From contig CAYQYU010000001.1 of NCBI GenBank assembly GCA_964421955.1, positions 76,521 through 140,520 of the forward strand: 64,000 nucleotides of DNA, read 5' to 3'. Under the pieces are notes generated by a model. That model ran no database searches, had not been told where the DNA came from, and saw nothing but the letters and a program-made list of their open reading frames with translations. This DNA comes from an uncultured archaeon. Its GTDB lineage: Archaea > Nanohalarchaeota > Nanosalinia > Nanosalinales > Nanosalinaceae. Made by a program: the position numbers and the translations under genes. Position 1 is the first letter of the stretch, and every line of letters starts with the position of its first letter. This document shows positions 33,713 to 44,005 of this stretch, in pieces.

Positions 33713-35515
33713 ATGACGAATGTATTCCTTGACGGCGAGCTTATCGACGAAATCGAATCTCCCGACGAGATCAGAGATGCAATTATAGAGAGACGGCGTG
33801 AGGGCGAACTAGAGAAAGAAATATCCGTCTATTACGCAGAGGACAAGGACGAGCTCCGAATCAATACGGACTCGGGAAGGGTCCTGAGACCTGTAGTTAT
33901 CGTTGAAGACGGAGAGCCGAGGCTCACAGACGAGCAGCGCGAGCAGCTTGAAGCAGGAGAAATAAGTCTCGAGGATCTTGAAGAGGAGGGAATAATTGAA
34001 TACCTCGATGCAGAAGAAGAGGAAAATGCGTATGTGGCAATGAACGACGAGGAAGTGACTGAAGATCATACACACATGGAGATCGATCCCGCGATTACAC
34101 ACGGCCTCTCGGCTTCGCTTGTAGTATACCCGGAACACAACAGAGGGGACCGTGTCAACTTCGGCGCAAAGATGAGCGGCCAGGGAATCGGGATGTACTC
34201 CCGGGAGTTCCACCAGAGATTCGATACTAACGCAAATATCCTGACATACGGCCAGCAGCCTATCGTGGGAACGCAGACCTACGATACACTGGTCGGGAAG
34301 CACCCGATCGGCCAGAACATGGTCGTCGCGCTCGCATCTTTCGACGGCTACAATATCGAGGACGCAGTAATTATGAACAAGGCGTCAATCGAGCGGGGTA
34401 TCGCAAGATCCACCTATATCCGTACCTACAAGACCGAGGCACAGAGGTTCTGGGGCGGACAGAAGGACGAGATCGAGACTCCTGACAAGGACGTCCGTGG
34501 ATACAGAAACGAGGAAGCGTACCAGCACCTCGATGAAGACGGAATTATCAACCCCGAGACCGACGTTGACTCAGACGCCGTACTTGTAGGAAAGACCTCT
34601 CCCCCAAAGTTCCTAGGATCGGGAGGAGGCGAAGAAGTCAAGATGGGTCTCGCGGAGAGAAGAGAGACCTCTCTGACGGTAAGGCACGGGGAAAAAGGCA
34701 AGGTCGACAAGATAATGGTATCGGAGACCGGAGATGGCGACAAACTGATCAAGATGAAGCTCCGTGAATACAGGATTCCGGAACTCGGCGACAAGTTCGC
34801 GACACGGCACGGCCAGAAAGGAGTTATCGGAATGATCGCTCCCGAGGAGAACATGCCGTTCACAAAACAGGGAATAACACCCGACATAATTCTATCGACA
34901 CATGCCATCCCGAGCCGTATGACCGTGTCACAGCTGATCGAGATACTCGCCGGCAAGGTGGGTGCTATGAGGGGCGACCCTGTAGACGGTACCGCCTTCC
35001 ACAGCGAGGACAAGGAAGATCTCAAGGAAGAGCTGGAAGAACTCGGCTTCGAGAGCACCGGAAAGGAGACAATGTACGACGGAGTAACAGGACAGGAGCT
35101 TGAAGCAGAAATAATGATCGGGCCAGGATACTACCTCAAACTCGACCACCAGGTCGGAGACAAGATTCACGCTAGGGCGCGCGGACCCGTGACGCTGCTC
35201 ACAAAGCAGCCTACAGAAGGCCGTTCGCAGGAAGGTGGACTGAGACTCGGAGAGATGGAAAAGGACGTCTTCGTGGGCCACGGCGCATCACTGCTTCTAA
35301 AGGAGAGATTCGGAGCAGACTCCACCGGCATCAATGTCTGTGAGAACTGTGGAGAGATAGGTGTCGAAGATCGTGAAGAGAACCGCACCTACTGCCCTAG
35401 CTGTGAAGCGGGAGACCTGGAGGAGGCGGAAGTTCCGCACGCATTCCTGCTCCTGCTTAACGAGCTAAAATCCATGATGATGGACGTCGAGATCGGACTT
35501 GAAGAGGAGGCGTAA
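33713..35515 (+). CDS. rpoB1: DNA-directed RNA polymerase subunit B'
   Basis: C-terminal half of Rpo2 (GYNIEDA, GDKFATRHGQKGV, GGLRLGEMEKD, C-terminal zinc ribbon CxxC...CxxC). ATG 33713 lies 5 nt behind GGTGA. Confidence 0.95.
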   Translation: MTNVFLDGELIDEIESPDEIRDAIIERRREGELEKEISVYYAEDKDELRINTDSGRVLRPVVIVEDGEPRLTDEQREQLEAGEISLEDLEEEGIIEYLDAEEEENAYVAMNDEEVTEDHTHMEIDPAITHGLSASLVVYPEHNRGDRVNFGAKMSGQGIGMYSREFHQRFDTNANILTYGQQPIVGTQTYDTLVGKHPIGQNMVVALASFDGYNIEDAVIMNKASIERGIARSTYIRTYKTEAQRFWGGQKDEIETPDKDVRGYRNEEAYQHLDEDGIINPETDVDSDAVLVGKTSPPKFLGSGGGEEVKMGLAERRETSLTVRHGEKGKVDKIMVSETGDGDKLIKMKLREYRIPELGDKFATRHGQKGVIGMIAPEENMPFTKQGITPDIILSTHAIPSRMTVSQLIEILAGKVGAMRGDPVDGTAFHSEDKEDLKEELEELGFESTGKETMYDGVTGQELEAEIMIGPGYYLKLDHQVGDKIHARARGPVTLLTKQPTEGRSQEGGLRLGEMEKDVFVGHGASLLLKERFGADSTGINVCENCGEIGVEDREENRTYCPSCEAGDLEEAEVPHAFLLLLNELKSMMMDVEIGLEEEA

Positions 35516-35518
35516 GAG

Positions 35519-37984
35519 ATGAGAAACATAGAGAAATTGGATTTCGGAATCATGAGCAACCAAAAGCTGCGGGAGATCGCTGTCAAGGAAATTACACAGG
35601 CAGAGGTCTACGATGCGGACGGTTTCCCTGTAGAGGACGGGGTCATGGATCCTGCACTGGGAGTTATCGACCCCGGTATGACCTGCCAGACATGCGGCGG
35701 GAGGATAAGAGAATGCAAGGGCCACTTCGGACTAATTGAACTTTCAAGGCCAGTTGCACACGTACTCTACACCAAGAAGATCAGGAACCTTCTCCGGTTC
35801 ACGTGTACCGAGTGCCAGTCCCTGCTCGTAAAGGACGAGGACAAGTCACTCAGGAAATCAAACCTGATGACGGAATGTCCAGAATGTGAGGCAGACCAGG
35901 AAGATGTCAAGCTCGACAAGCCGTACTCATTCTACGAGGGCAGCGACGAGCTGAAGCCCGACCAGATCCGCGAGCGGCTTTCAAAGATCCCGGATGAAGT
36001 TGCGGCATCACTCGGAGTCTCAGGAGGACGACCTGAGGATCTTATAATGACACACATTCCCGTACCTCCAGTAACCATGAGGCCCTCGATCACACTGGAG
36101 ACCGGTGAAAGAAGTGAGGACGATATTACACATAAGCTGGTCGACGTGATCCGGATTAACCGGAGACTGCAGAACAATATTGAGATTGAGGCTCCCGACT
36201 TCATTATCGATGACCTCTGGGAGCTGCTACAGTACCACGTATCAACGCTATTCTACAACGACCTCTCCGGTGTGCCGCCCGCCCGGCATAGATCAGGCAG
36301 ATCACTGAAATCCCTGATCGAGCGTGTCCAGGGCAAGCAGGGCCGGTTCCGCCAGAACCTCATAGGAAAGAGGGTCAACTTTTCAGCACGAACCGTCATC
36401 TCGCCCGACCCGAATATCGGCATCAACGAGGTCGGAATACCGAAGATGGTGGCGGAGAAGCTCACCGTCCAGAAAAAAGTTACAGAAAGAAATTACGAGG
36501 AATCGATAGAGGCGATCGAGAACGGTCCAGACCAGCATCCGGGAGCGAACTACGTTTTCCATCCCGATGGAAGAAGGCGGAAGATAACTGAGGAAAACAA
36601 GGAAGAGATAATCGAAGTTATTGAAGCGGATGCAGGATGGAAGGTCGAGAGACACCTTGAGGACGGCGATATCGTACTTTTCAACAGGCAGCCCTCGCTC
36701 CACAGGATGTCAATAATGGCCCACAAAGTTCGCGTACTTCCATACAGGACCTTCCGGATCAACCCGAACGTGTGTGCACCCTACAACGCAGACTTCGACG
36801 GTGACGAGATGAACGTTCACGTGCCGCAGACAGAGGAGGCTCGGGCAGAAGCCGAAGAGCTGATGCAGGTCCAGGAGCACGTCAAGTCCCCGAAGATGGG
36901 AGGACCGATCGTGGGCATGCTTCAGGACTACGTGTCCGGGCTGTACCTTTTAACCCGGGGCGATACTGAACTCTCAAGAGAGGAAGCATTCAACCTTCTT
37001 GCGGAGGCAGGGGAGCACGACAAATCACTGCCTGAAGGAGAGGAAACAATAACAGGAGAACAGCTGGTATCTCTCTTCATCCCTGAAGATATCTCCCTGA
37101 CTATCAACGAGGGAGAGGAAAGCGAGGTAGTGATCGAGGACGGGAAACTCGAGAAGGGTGTGCTCGACGAGGACGCACTAGGAGACTACGGGGGAGAGAT
37201 CATCCAGCAGCTAAATATTGAATACGGGCCTGAAAAGGTTACAGAGTTCCTCAACCGGGTCTCAAGAATCGGTTCCGTCTACCTTACCCGGAGAGGATTC
37301 TCGATCAGTCTGGACGACCTAGAAATTCCAGACGACGCAACAGAAGAAATCCGGGATCTAGTAGAGGAGACAGTCGAGAACGCGGAAGAAGTTATCGAAG
37401 AATACAAGTCAGGAGAAATGGAACCCATCACAGGAAAGACCCTGGAAGAAACCCGGGAAATCGAGATCACAAAGACACTGAACCAGGTCTTCACCGAGAT
37501 CGGTGACATCATCGAAGACAACGTAGAAGAAGATTCCAGCGCCCTGGTCATGGCAGACTCAGGTGCAAGAGGATCAATGGAAAACGTTACAACAATGGCC
37601 GGACTTCTAGGCCAGAACTCCGTGAGAGACCAGAGGATCAACAGGGGATACAAGGGCCGCACCACCTCACATTTCCAGAAGGGCGAGATGAGTCCAAAGG
37701 CCCACGGATTCGTGTCCTCCAGCATTCTCGGAGGACTCGACGCGCAGGAAATATTCTTCCACCAGATGAGCCAGAGAAAGGCGCTGATGGACAAGTCGCT
37801 GAGAACCAAGACTTCCGGATACATGTACCGCCGGGTGTCGAACTCGCTGCAGGACCTGACTGTAGGATACGACCAGACCGTGAGGAACGCGCAGGGAGAC
37901 ATTATCCAGTTCCGTGCGGGGGAGGACGGGGTTGACCCACAAAAATCCGACAGAGGAATAGTATCGACCGAGATCGATCTCTGA
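35519..37984 (+). CDS. rpoA1: DNA-directed RNA polymerase subunit A'
   Basis: 821 aa. Zinc motif CQTCGG, NRQPSLHRMS, and the catalytic NADFDGDEMNVH. Confidence 0.95.
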   Translation: MRNIEKLDFGIMSNQKLREIAVKEITQAEVYDADGFPVEDGVMDPALGVIDPGMTCQTCGGRIRECKGHFGLIELSRPVAHVLYTKKIRNLLRFTCTECQSLLVKDEDKSLRKSNLMTECPECEADQEDVKLDKPYSFYEGSDELKPDQIRERLSKIPDEVAASLGVSGGRPEDLIMTHIPVPPVTMRPSITLETGERSEDDITHKLVDVIRINRRLQNNIEIEAPDFIIDDLWELLQYHVSTLFYNDLSGVPPARHRSGRSLKSLIERVQGKQGRFRQNLIGKRVNFSARTVISPDPNIGINEVGIPKMVAEKLTVQKKVTERNYEESIEAIENGPDQHPGANYVFHPDGRRRKITEENKEEIIEVIEADAGWKVERHLEDGDIVLFNRQPSLHRMSIMAHKVRVLPYRTFRINPNVCAPYNADFDGDEMNVHVPQTEEARAEAEELMQVQEHVKSPKMGGPIVGMLQDYVSGLYLLTRGDTELSREEAFNLLAEAGEHDKSLPEGEETITGEQLVSLFIPEDISLTINEGEESEVVIEDGKLEKGVLDEDALGDYGGEIIQQLNIEYGPEKVTEFLNRVSRIGSVYLTRRGFSISLDDLEIPDDATEEIRDLVEETVENAEEVIEEYKSGEMEPITGKTLEETREIEITKTLNQVFTEIGDIIEDNVEEDSSALVMADSGARGSMENVTTMAGLLGQNSVRDQRINRGYKGRTTSHFQKGEMSPKAHGFVSSSILGGLDAQEIFFHQMSQRKALMDKSLRTKTSGYMYRRVSNSLQDLTVGYDQTVRNAQGDIIQFRAGEDGVDPQKSDRGIVSTEIDL

Positions 37985-37994
37985 GGTAATTTAA

Positions 37995-39104
37995 ATGAGC
38001 AAGATTGACTGGAAAGAACGCGCGAACGAACTCCCACCACGCTACAGGGATCTGGGAGTCAACAAGGATACACAGGAAAAAATTGAGGAGCGGTACGAGA
38101 AGATGCAGTACGAGCCCGGTGAGGCAATTGGACTGGTTGCGGCACAGTCAATTTCTGAACCAGCCACACAGCTGACGATGGAAACATACCACGCCGCAGG
38201 AGCCGCACAGGTTTCGCTGACCGCGGGGCTTCCAAGACTAATCGAAATTGTAGACGCCCGGCGCAACCCGGACACTCCATCCATGGACGTCTACCTCCAC
38301 GATGACTACGACAACGAGGAGGACGCGAAAAAAGTTGCGAGGAAGCTGAGAGAAGTGACGCTCGGCGACCTTATCAGCAAGGACACTATGGATATAATGC
38401 AGCTCTATGTCGAATACGAGCTGAACGAGGAGCTTCTCGAGGACTACGATGTCGACATGGAGGACATCAAGTCCCGGATCAAGGAAAACACCAAGAAGGC
38501 CAAGGTAGAGATAGAGGGCGACAATAAGCTGAAGCTGGAGTCCTCTGAAGAAGATTACGATCTCAGGGACCTACAGGATATCAAGACCGATGCCGAAGAG
38601 GCCCGGATTAAGGGTCTGAAGGGGATCGACCAGGTAGTCATACAGGAGGAAGAAGATGGTTGGCGGCTCCAGACCGCAGGAACATCTCTGAGGAAGACAC
38701 TGAAGCTGAAGGAGGTAGACGAGACACGCACAATTTCCAACGACCTATACGAGGTCGCGAAGGTTCTCGGGGTCGAGGGCCTGAGACAGCGGATCGTCGA
38801 GGAAGTTAACGAAACGCTAGCTGCGCAGGGAATCGGGATAGACGATCGTCACATAATGCTTCTCGCGGACATGATGACAAAAGAGGGAGAGCTCAACGGA
38901 ACGACACGCTACGGGATAGTCGGTAACAAGAAGTCGATCCTGGCAAGAGCTGCCTTTGAAGAGACGAAAAAGCACCTGAGAGAGGGAACTCTCCAGGGCG
39001 AGACAGACGACCTCGACGGAATTATAGAGAACATCATTGTCGGCCAGTCCGTGCCTGTAGGAACCGGAATTATCGATCTGAAGGCCGGGTTCGGCGGAGA
39101 TTGA
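37995..39104 (+). CDS. rpoA2: DNA-directed RNA polymerase subunit A''
   Basis: 369 aa. Trigger-loop region [15 protein letters not shown], plus [10 protein letters not shown]. Confidence 0.95.
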   Translation: MSKIDWKERANELPPRYRDLGVNKDTQEKIEERYEKMQYEPGEAIGLVAAQSISEPATQLTMETYHAAGAAQVSLTAGLPRLIEIVDARRNPDTPSMDVYLHDDYDNEEDAKKVARKLREVTLGDLISKDTMDIMQLYVEYELNEELLEDYDVDMEDIKSRIKENTKKAKVEIEGDNKLKLESSEEDYDLRDLQDIKTDAEEARIKGLKGIDQVVIQEEEDGWRLQTAGTSLRKTLKLKEVDETRTISNDLYEVAKVLGVEGLRQRIVEEVNETLAAQGIGIDDRHIMLLADMMTKEGELNGTTRYGIVGNKKSILARAAFEETKKHLREGTLQGETDDLDGIIENIIVGQSVPVGTGIIDLKAGFGGD

Positions 39105-39176
39105 AGATGAGACCACAAATCCTTTATAAAAGCTGGGCTCTCAGGCTTTAACACAGGTTCAGAGGGTAAGTATACT

Positions 39177-39602
39177 ATGTCGAATGTAACCTACGACACC
39201 GAAATGCTCCGGGCAATCAACATTTTCGAGAACGTCACCGGGGTCGAGGCCAGGGAATGCGTTATCAAGGAAGACGAGGCCTACTTCGTCGTTCCTGAAG
39301 GAAAGGCAGGGATGGCAATCGGCAAGGGCGGCAAAGTCGTCCAGAAGGTGCAGAAGAAGCTGAACAAGGACATCAAGGTCTATGAGTACAGTGACAACAT
39401 CGGCAAGTTCCTCAACAACATCGTTCCAGCGGATATAAGAGGCGTCGACATCGAAGAGAACGGTAGCGGCGAGAAAGAGGTCGAGATTTCCGTTTCACGT
39501 GAAAACAAGGGCCGCGTTGTGGGAAAGAACGGTAACAAGATCGACTCCATCCGTGAGATTCTGGAGCGGACACACAACGTCCAGGAAGTCACAGTTGAGT
39601 AA
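39177..39602 (+). CDS. nusA: archaeal NusA-like KH-domain protein
   Basis: 141 aa with two KH GxxG motifs (IGKGGKVV, VGKNGNKI). Conserved position after rpoA''. Confidence 0.9.
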   Translation: MSNVTYDTEMLRAINIFENVTGVEARECVIKEDEAYFVVPEGKAGMAIGKGGKVVQKVQKKLNKDIKVYEYSDNIGKFLNNIVPADIRGVDIEENGSGEKEVEISVSRENKGRVVGKNGNKIDSIREILERTHNVQEVTVE

Positions 39603-39633
39603 GACTTTTCACATTCTCCAGCTAAAAGGTTTT

Positions 39634-39942
39634 ATGGAAGAAGAGATACGTTTCTGCCCCAACTGCGGGTCCACCAATGTCGAGCCCGACACTTCCAATG
39701 CGGCGTATGTGGGTGAAGCCGGGGGCAACCCCAACACCTGGCGCTGCAACGACTGCGAATACACTGGTATAATGCCGCAGAATTCTCAATCCGGGGAGGA
39801 CTTTGACGAAGAAATAGATTTCGAACCCCCAGAGAAATACCCCCGGGAAGATATTGGGTTCGGAAAGGCCTACCTCAAGTACCTGCTTTACATTGCGCTA
39901 CCTTTACTGCTGATATACCTCCTCTACATTACACTTATTTGA
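39634..39942 (+). CDS. zinc-ribbon protein with C-terminal membrane anchor
   Basis: 102 aa from ATG 39634. CPNCGS...CNDCEY ribbon and C-terminal LLYIALPLLLIYLLYITLI. Confidence 0.5.
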   Translation: MEEEIRFCPNCGSTNVEPDTSNAAYVGEAGGNPNTWRCNDCEYTGIMPQNSQSGEDFDEEIDFEPPEKYPREDIGFGKAYLKYLLYIALPLLLIYLLYITLI

Positions 39943-39963
39943 GGCTGGAAACAACTGGATTCT

Positions 39964-40179
39964 ATGAACGGCCTAAAACGGGAGATAGAAGATATCGAGC
40001 GCTTCGAAGAAATTCTCCACATCCTCTTCGACCAGGGCTTCAGGGCACTACTTGACAGGCTTGATCTACTGCATCATATCCCTGTGGCGGAACGGCTCAG
40101 GAAGCCCGGGAAAAAGACGACCAGACCTGGTATCCCGGGAAGCAGCTGTTCGCTCTTGGAATCGCCGAGCTGGTTTTAG
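39964..40179 (+). pseudogene. possible remnant of an ABC1/UbiB-kinase-family N-terminus
   Basis: The 71-aa [31 protein letters not shown] resembles, from memory, the start of ABC1/UbiB-type kinases. No kinase domain follows. Confidence 0.3.
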
Positions 40180-40217
40180 CTGCGATCATGGTCAGGCACA
40201 GCTAGCCAAGGTCCACG

Positions 40218-40227
40218 TATATAAAAA
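40218..40227 (+). promoter_or_regulatory. candidate TATA box for rps12-rps7-fusA
   Basis: TATATAAAAA is centred about 28 nt upstream of the rps12 ATG, implying a leaderless or very short leader. Confidence 0.45.
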
Positions 40228-40249
40228 GTTTAACCTGAATCTTCCGGGT

Positions 40250-40672
40250 ATGGGTCTATACAACGCACGCAAGCTGAGAAAAAAGAGGCAGGAGTTCCGC
40301 TGGAGCGATATCGACTACAAGCGGAGAATGGAGAACCTGAAGGAGAAAGCAGACCCTCTAGAAGGTTCACCGCAGGGCCGTGGAATCGTTCTAGAAAAGC
40401 GGGTTATCGAGGCGAAGCAGCCCAACTCCGCGCTGAGAAAATGTGTGCGTGTACAGTTGATCAAGAATGGCAAACAGCTGACCGCATTCGTCCCAGGAGA
40501 CGGCGCGATCGACTACATCGACGAGCACGACGAAGTTCTAATTGAAGGTATCGGTGGTGCAAAAGGAGGACCGAAAGGAGATATTCCAACGGTCCGGTAC
40601 CAGGTAGTAAAAGTCAACGGCGTCTCACTCGAAGAACTTGTAGAGGGTCGCGCGGAGAAACCAACGAGGTAA
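40250..40672 (+). CDS. rps12: 30S ribosomal protein S12 (uS12)
   Basis: 140 aa from ATG 40250. [47 protein letters not shown]. Confidence 0.95.
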   Translation: MGLYNARKLRKKRQEFRWSDIDYKRRMENLKEKADPLEGSPQGRGIVLEKRVIEAKQPNSALRKCVRVQLIKNGKQLTAFVPGDGAIDYIDEHDEVLIEGIGGAKGGPKGDIPTVRYQVVKVNGVSLEELVEGRAEKPTR

Positions 40673-40678
40673 GACAGG

Positions 40679-41305
40679 ATGAGCGACGCAGCAAAGATAG
40701 AGGTACAGGACGAACTTCTGACGATGGGACGATGGGACGCCTCCGAGGTCAACATCGAGGACGAGGGACTTCTCCGTTACATCAACCTGGAAAATATTCT
40801 TGCGCCCAGATCCAAAGGCCGGCACGTCGAAAAACAGTTCTACAAGGCAGATGTGCCGGTAGTCGAGCGCCTCCTGAACAGAATGTACGTCGCCGGTCAC
40901 AGGGGAAACAAGCACATGATCACCTCCGGAAGAAACACAGGATCGTCCAGGAAACTCTGGAGAACAATCGAAGAGGCTTTCGAAACAATAGAGGAAGAAA
41001 CCTCGGAGAACCCCATCCAGGTACTTGTCGATGCGATTGAGAACTCCGCACCAAAAGAAGAGGTAGTCACATACCAGAGAGGAGGAGTACGCGCCAGGAA
41101 AGCAGTACTGGTCTCTCCACAGAGGAGGGTAGATCTTGCTCTGAGACTTCTGGTGCAGGGAGCATATGAAGACCGGCTCTCCGCCTCGAACGATGCGGTA
41201 GAAACTCTTGCAAGCGAGATCATCGAGGCCGCGAACGGCAGCTCGGAAGTAAGAGCCGTCCGCGAAAAAGAAAGAAGAGAGCGGGAAGCAGAAGGCGCAC
41301 GGTAG
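40679..41305 (+). CDS. rps7: 30S ribosomal protein S7 (uS7)
   Basis: 208 aa. VERLLNRM, ENPIQVLVDAIEN..P.EE and SPQRRVD. Confidence 0.95.
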   Translation: MSDAAKIEVQDELLTMGRWDASEVNIEDEGLLRYINLENILAPRSKGRHVEKQFYKADVPVVERLLNRMYVAGHRGNKHMITSGRNTGSSRKLWRTIEEAFETIEEETSENPIQVLVDAIENSAPKEEVVTYQRGGVRARKAVLVSPQRRVDLALRLLVQGAYEDRLSASNDAVETLASEIIEAANGSSEVRAVREKERREREAEGAR

Positions 41306-41398
41306 TAACTATACTGCCCAGTTCCGGAACACCCGTTTCCACTATCCATTTTTAAAACTTAGAACTGCTTTCAAGCATATAATCGAGGTAACTAAATA

Positions 41399-43585
41399 AT
41401 GTCCGACAAAGAGCTTGACGCAATAAAGGGAGTAATTGAAGATCCTGAACACATCAGAAATATTGCCATCGCCGCACACATCGACCACGGGAAAACAACG
41501 CTTACAGATAATTTACTTGCGAGAGCGGGCATGATATCGGAGAAGCTGGCGGGAGATCAGCGTTTCATGGATTTCGACGAGCAGGAAGCCGAGCGAGGGA
41601 TAACGATTTACAGCGCAAACATTTCGATGGTCCACGAGTTCGACGGCGATGACTACCTGATCAACCTTATCGACACGCCAGGCCACGTTGACTTCGGAGG
41701 AGACGTCACACGGGCAATGCGTGCAGTTGACGGTGTAGTGGTTCTCGTGGACGCAGTTGACGGCGTCATGCCACAGACAGAGACCGTCATGAAACAGGCT
41801 CTCCAGGAAGGCGTCAAGCCAGTACTATTCATCAACAAGGTTGACCGCCTTATAGAAGAAATGCAGCTGACCCCCGAGGAGATGCAGGAGCGTTTCACCA
41901 AGATCATCAGGGAAGTCAACACCGCGCTGAGAAAGTACGCTGACGAGGAGACCGCTGAAGAATGGAAGATGACAGTAAACAACGGAACTGTCGCGTTCGG
42001 TTCTGCGCTGAAGAACTGGGCGATCAGCGTACCTTACATGCAGGAAACAGGAATCAGCTTTGGAGACATAATTGACTACGTAAATGACGGCGATCACGAA
42101 GGTCTGAGAGATGAGGCGCCGATCGAAGAGGTAGTCCTCGACATGGTCGTACAACACCTGGTCAACCCTCAAGAAGCCGCACAGGACAGGATCAAGCACG
42201 TCTGGCCGGGCGACCCTGACTCGGATGTCGGGACTGCGATGCAGAAACAGGATCAGGACGGACCTCTCGTGGGTGTTGTCACGAACGTCGAGGATGACGA
42301 ACATGCGGGAACCATTGTAACAGCACGGCTATTCTCGGGAACGGTAAATGAGGGAGATGAACTCTACGGAATCGGCTCCCAGAAAACCGAGCGGGCGCAG
42401 CAGGTCGGAATTTACTCTGGACCAAGAAAACTCACAGTTGATTCAGTTCCGGCGGGCAACATCGCCGCGATCACAGGCCCTGACTTTTCCACGGGCGAAA
42501 CATTCATCCTGGAAGGCCAGGAGGAGATCCAGCCGTTCGAGCAGATCGAGCACGTCTTCGAACCTGTTGTCACAAAGTCAATCGAGCCGAAGAGAACCTC
42601 GGATCTTCCAAAACTTATCGAGACGCTGAGGAAGAGGGCTAAGGAAGACAATACTATCAAGGTAGATATTGACGAAGAGACTGGAGAAACGCTTGTATCC
42701 GGACTTGGAGAGCTCCACATCGAGGCCAAGATTGAGAGACACCTCGAGGAGAAAGGAATCGACATCAACGTTTCAGAGCCTATCGTCGTTTTCCGTGAAG
42801 GAGTCTCGAAATCCTCGCCACACATGACAGGAAAGTCGCCGAACAGGCACAACAACCTCGAAATTTCGGTAGAGCCCATCTCTGATGAACTCAGGACATT
42901 CCTGAAGGAGGACTACGAGGACGTCCAGAGACAGGCAGACGACGACACCGAGGTAAGGGACGCACTCGTCGAGGCAGGAATGGACAAGGATGACGCGGAC
43001 AACATCATGGACGTGTACGAAGAAAACCTGTTCATCAACGATTCGAGAGGAATCAAGAATCTAAGGGAAATCAAGGAGTACCTCGTTGACGCTTTCCACG
43101 AGTTCTGCGATGAGGGGCCTCTCGCCAACGAGCCTGTAATCGGCTTCATGGTGAGGCTTCACGATGCGAAGCTCCACGAGGACGCGATCCACAGAGGTCC
43201 TGCGCAGATGATCCCTGCCACAAAAGATGCGATGAAAAACGGCTTCCTGGAGGCAGATCCACAGCTCATCGAGCCGAAACAGATCATCCGGATCGACACC
43301 CCGACAAGCCAGATGGGAGACGCCATGACAGAGGTCTCTAACAGGAGGGGCGATGTCGAGAACATGGAGGAGGAAGGCGACGCTGCAATCCTGACATGCA
43401 AGCTACCTGTAGAGGAACTGTTCGGATTCGAGGCCGCACTCAAATCGGCTACGGGTGGAAAAGGATTCTTCAACCCGAAGGAGCTGATCTTTGAGCCGCT
43501 TCCGATGAATCTCCAGGAAGAGAAGATCATGGAGATCCGGGAGCGGAAGGGCATGAAGAAAGAGATGCCGAAGGTCGAGGAGTAG
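41399..43585 (+). CDS. fusA: elongation factor 2 (aEF-2)
   Basis: 728 aa. GTPase motifs AHIDHGKTT, DTPGHVDF and NKVD. Diphthamide-loop context HEDAIHRGPAQ. Confidence 0.97.
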   Translation: MSDKELDAIKGVIEDPEHIRNIAIAAHIDHGKTTLTDNLLARAGMISEKLAGDQRFMDFDEQEAERGITIYSANISMVHEFDGDDYLINLIDTPGHVDFGGDVTRAMRAVDGVVVLVDAVDGVMPQTETVMKQALQEGVKPVLFINKVDRLIEEMQLTPEEMQERFTKIIREVNTALRKYADEETAEEWKMTVNNGTVAFGSALKNWAISVPYMQETGISFGDIIDYVNDGDHEGLRDEAPIEEVVLDMVVQHLVNPQEAAQDRIKHVWPGDPDSDVGTAMQKQDQDGPLVGVVTNVEDDEHAGTIVTARLFSGTVNEGDELYGIGSQKTERAQQVGIYSGPRKLTVDSVPAGNIAAITGPDFSTGETFILEGQEEIQPFEQIEHVFEPVVTKSIEPKRTSDLPKLIETLRKRAKEDNTIKVDIDEETGETLVSGLGELHIEAKIERHLEEKGIDINVSEPIVVFREGVSKSSPHMTGKSPNRHNNLEISVEPISDELRTFLKEDYEDVQRQADDDTEVRDALVEAGMDKDDADNIMDVYEENLFINDSRGIKNLREIKEYLVDAFHEFCDEGPLANEPVIGFMVRLHDAKLHEDAIHRGPAQMIPATKDAMKNGFLEADPQLIEPKQIIRIDTPTSQMGDAMTEVSNRRGDVENMEEEGDAAILTCKLPVEELFGFEAALKSATGGKGFFNPKELIFEPLPMNLQEEKIMEIRERKGMKKEMPKVEE

Positions 43586-43587
43586 AA

Positions 43588-43923
43588 TCAGTAATCCTCT
43601 GGCTCGAACCCCAGCAGTAGATACTCCTCAACAGTCTCCATTAACTCTTCAAATCTGTATACTGCTTCCAGCTCCTCCTCTGACTCATCGTAGAGAGGAT
43701 TTTCCAGGATCGCTGTAGCAGTACGATAATGCGCATTTGCTCTCTCAAGAACTGTCCAGAACCCGGGACCAGCAAGAGGTTGTCCCACACGGTAGAACTC
43801 ATTTGCCGCCTGGATCCGTTCGTTATCATCTCTAAGATTTTCAATAGTGGACTCCATTACCGGATCAAAACCTTCCTCTATGTCGTCAACGCCCACAGAC
43901 AGCCGTTTCTCTGCAATAAACAA
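43588..43923 (-). CDS. acidic hypothetical protein on the opposite strand between fusA and tuf
   Basis: 111-aa ORF with a TTG start a few nt downstream of where a minus-strand TATA (TTTAAAAAGG) would place the transcription start. No recognised domain. Confidence 0.45.
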   Translation of the reverse strand: MFIAEKRLSVGVDDIEEGFDPVMESTIENLRDDNERIQAANEFYRVGQPLAGPGFWTVLERANAHYRTATAILENPLYDESEEELEAVYRFEELMETVEEYLLLGFEPEDY

Positions 43924-43952
43924 AAAACCTTCCCGAGGAAATCATGACACCC

Positions 43953-43966
43953 TTTTTAAAGTTTAA
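43953..43966. promoter_or_regulatory. candidate bidirectional TATA region (tuf / 43588..43923)
   Basis: TTTTTAAAGTTTAA reads as a TATA box on both strands. The tuf ATG lies 40-50 nt downstream with the SD GGTGA. Confidence 0.4.
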
Positions 43967-44005
43967 CCGGTTAATTCGAGAATATACGCATCAGGTGACA
44001 AAATA

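Noticed and set aside
34426-35058. 210-aa ORF antisense to rpoB', and similar antisense ORFs inside rpoB''.
   Set aside because: Same codon-composition artefact. The ORFs are Ser/Pro-rich, with no independent signals.
37279-38040. 253-aa ORF antisense to rpoA' (Ser-rich).
   Set aside because: It lies entirely within a strongly conserved gene. GAA/GAG/GAC-rich sense codons give stop-free antisense frames. Composition is low-complexity and there is no start context.
40052-40249. N-terminal 66-codon extension of the rps12 ORF in the track.
   Set aside because: uS12 homology begins at Met 40250. The extension has no homology and would cover the TATA box at 40218.
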